From a virus: a stretch of 64,000 bases of DNA. Numbering within the stretch: the stretch's first letter is position 1; each line of letters opens with the position of its first letter. The notes under the pieces are model-generated. The model worked only from the letters and a program-made list of their open reading frames with translations. It did no database searches and had not been told where the DNA came from. Where the stretch lies: the IMG/VR virus record IMGVR_UViG_3300020599_000003, positions 64,001 through 128,000 of that record, one strand, 5' to 3'. Made by a program: the position numbers and the translations under genes. This document shows, one piece after another, positions 62,474-64,000 of the stretch.

Positions 62474-63280
62474 CTAGGCTCGTTTCTTTTCGTTGAAGTA
62501 TTCTTCGGATGCGGTGATCCAATCGCGCACGAACTTGGACCGCACGATATCCTCTTTCTGGAAGTCCACGTACGTCATGCCGCCGATGCGTTGCATGATG
62601 TTAATGAAGTCTTGCAGGCCCGAGGTCTCCTTGCTGCGCGTGGAGAGGTCACACTGGCGGGTGTCACCGGATACGATGATGCGTGAGTTCTTACCTACCC
62701 GGGTCATGACCGAGTTGATCTCGTGGAACGTCATGTTCTGGGCTTCGTCCACCACGATGATGGCATTGTTCCAGGTGACGCCACGCAGGAAGGATGTGGA
62801 CTTGAATACTACCTTCTTGGCCTCCTTCATGTCACTGTAGGTAGCCTCGCGACCGAAGATAGCAGCCATCGCTTCCTGATAGGGTTGCTCGTACTCGGCC
62901 AGCTTCTCGTCGACAGTGCCCGGGGTGAAACCGAGCTCACGCCCCTGGACGGCACTGCGCACAATGACGATGTGGTCCTGCTCGGCCTCCTTATCGAAGA
63001 CGGACTGGCACGCAAAGTACGAGCTGAGGAAAGTCTTGCCCGTACCAGCATGACCAGTCAGGGTGAGCGACTGGCCGGAAGCCCATGCATCCCGGGCCGC
63101 GTGCTGACGATCATTGGCGGGGCGCAGCGCACACATGTCGAGCAGCGTCCAGCGCTTCCGCTTGTCGGGTCCACGCTGACGAGCAGTTTGATCCTCAACC
63201 ACCGCTTCGAGTTCATCGTTGAGGAGCGCGGCACGTTTGCGAGCTCGTTTGGCTACTGCTGCGGACTGAGACTTTGCCAT
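62474..63280 (-). CDS. phoH: PhoH-family ATPase
   Basis: GHAGTGKT, IVRSAV, FLRGVTW, VDEAQN, VSGDTRQCDL, DIVRS. Confidence 0.93.
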   Translation of the reverse strand: MAKSQSAAVAKRARKRAALLNDELEAVVEDQTARQRGPDKRKRWTLLDMCALRPANDRQHAARDAWASGQSLTLTGHAGTGKTFLSSYFACQSVFDKEAEQDHIVIVRSAVQGRELGFTPGTVDEKLAEYEQPYQEAMAAIFGREATYSDMKEAKKVVFKSTSFLRGVTWNNAIIVVDEAQNMTFHEINSVMTRVGKNSRIIVSGDTRQCDLSTRSKETSGLQDFINIMQRIGGMTYVDFQKEDIVRSKFVRDWITASEEYFNEKKRA

Positions 63281-63338
63281 TGGATGCTTCCGTTAGAGGT
63301 TTGCAGGAGGGGCGATGGCGAAGGATCGAAAGTCCGTG

Positions 63339-63611
63339 TTACCTTCGCGGTTGGTGTGGAACTCCCCATAGATCACCTCTGCCCTCCGGACATTCAGGAG
63401 CCTTGAAGCCAAGAGGTTCTTTCTCGCCGCGCTGACCAGGACCCCAATCCAGGGCATCATACTTGCCGGTCAGGACGCCCCACGCAGCCTTCAAGCGCCA
63501 GATGAAGGGTCCACCTCCCGGGCGGCAGGGCACGTAGGTCTTGGCAGAGGGATTGCCGAGGTCTGTGGAAATTTCCCAGTCTTGGATTTCTTTGACGGTG
63601 AACTTGGGCAT
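63339..63611 (-). CDS. Hypothetical protein
   Basis: 90 aa; WRLKAAWGVLTGKYDALDW motif common in phage small proteins. Confidence 0.7.
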   Translation of the reverse strand: MPKFTVKEIQDWEISTDLGNPSAKTYVPCRPGGGPFIWRLKAAWGVLTGKYDALDWGPGQRGEKEPLGFKAPECPEGRGDLWGVPHQPRR

Positions 63612-64000
63612 TACGCTCTCCTGAAGCGTGATAGAGGACTGCCAAAGCCTGACCGCCCGACGAAGATGCCGACGGGGTGGCCTGAGGAAGCGTCATTCGC
63701 ATACACACACGCAGCCTTCTTCACGATGTCATACGTTGTGCGGAAAGTCACGGCCCATACACCTAGGACCACGGCGCGGAACACGTCGTCCGTGTAGTCC
63801 ACAGCTTTCTCAGGACACGCACCTCCACCACCTTGCTGCACGGTGAGGAACTGATGGAGCAGATGATGGACAGGCTTGTTGAGGAAGTACGTGCGGTAGT
63901 CGTCAATGTCCGCCTTCTTGATCTCGGTCGCTTCCTCAATGGAGAGCTCCGGCAAGATCAGGTTGGCATTCCATAACGTCTGCAGGAAGTTGTCGAAGTC
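63611..64000 (-). CDS. Hypothetical protein (5' partial)
   Basis: The frame stays open to the right edge (DFDNFLQTLWNANLILPELS...). Confidence 0.65.
   Translation of the reverse strand, partial: DFDNFLQTLWNANLILPELSIEEATEIKKADIDDYRTYFLNKPVHHLLHQFLTVQQGGGGACPEKAVDYTDDVFRAVVLGVWAVTFRTTYDIVKKAACVYANDASSGHPVGIFVGRSGFGSPLSRFRRA

Noticed and set aside
1-64000. CRISPR array, DGR/reverse transcriptase, integrase, IS, rRNA/tRNA, large terminase
   Set aside because: No spaced repeat array, RT motif, recombinase, transposase, RNA gene or terminase ATPase motif was seen by eye. Repeats are limited to two tandem duplications, low-complexity coding repeats and hairpins.

Overview
A 64-kb segment of a large, GC-rich (roughly 60% by eye) contractile-tailed dsDNA phage, almost entirely coded on the minus strand. 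It holds the virion morphogenesis region. From left to right: tail fibre, holin, tail tube and sheath, major capsid protein, scaffold, prohead protease, a 1492-aa SNF2-like helicase, a 14-kb cluster of small accessory genes, neck, second tail fibre, T4-like baseplate module, GH19 and SLT muramidases, portal, Acb1-like 2H phosphoesterase, RuvC, metallophosphoesterase and PhoH. The architecture recalls phiRSL1/Lu11-type jumbo myophages (from memory, not verified by search). Main unexplained signals: (1) a shared N-terminal I-[AT]-[AT]-R-L-x-A helix plus [VIL]-x-A sites on at least eight unrelated small proteins, suggesting a capsid-targeting and protease-maturation system for a packaged cargo cluster that also encodes GNAT, Nudix and SprT enzymes; (2) a free-standing 112-aa paralog of the capsid A-domain; (3) two RHH + GIY-YIG endonuclease cassettes sharing a conserved promoter/operator leader; (4) a recurrent CAATTTTAT promoter-like motif. 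All product calls come from motif reading and synteny; no database search was run.
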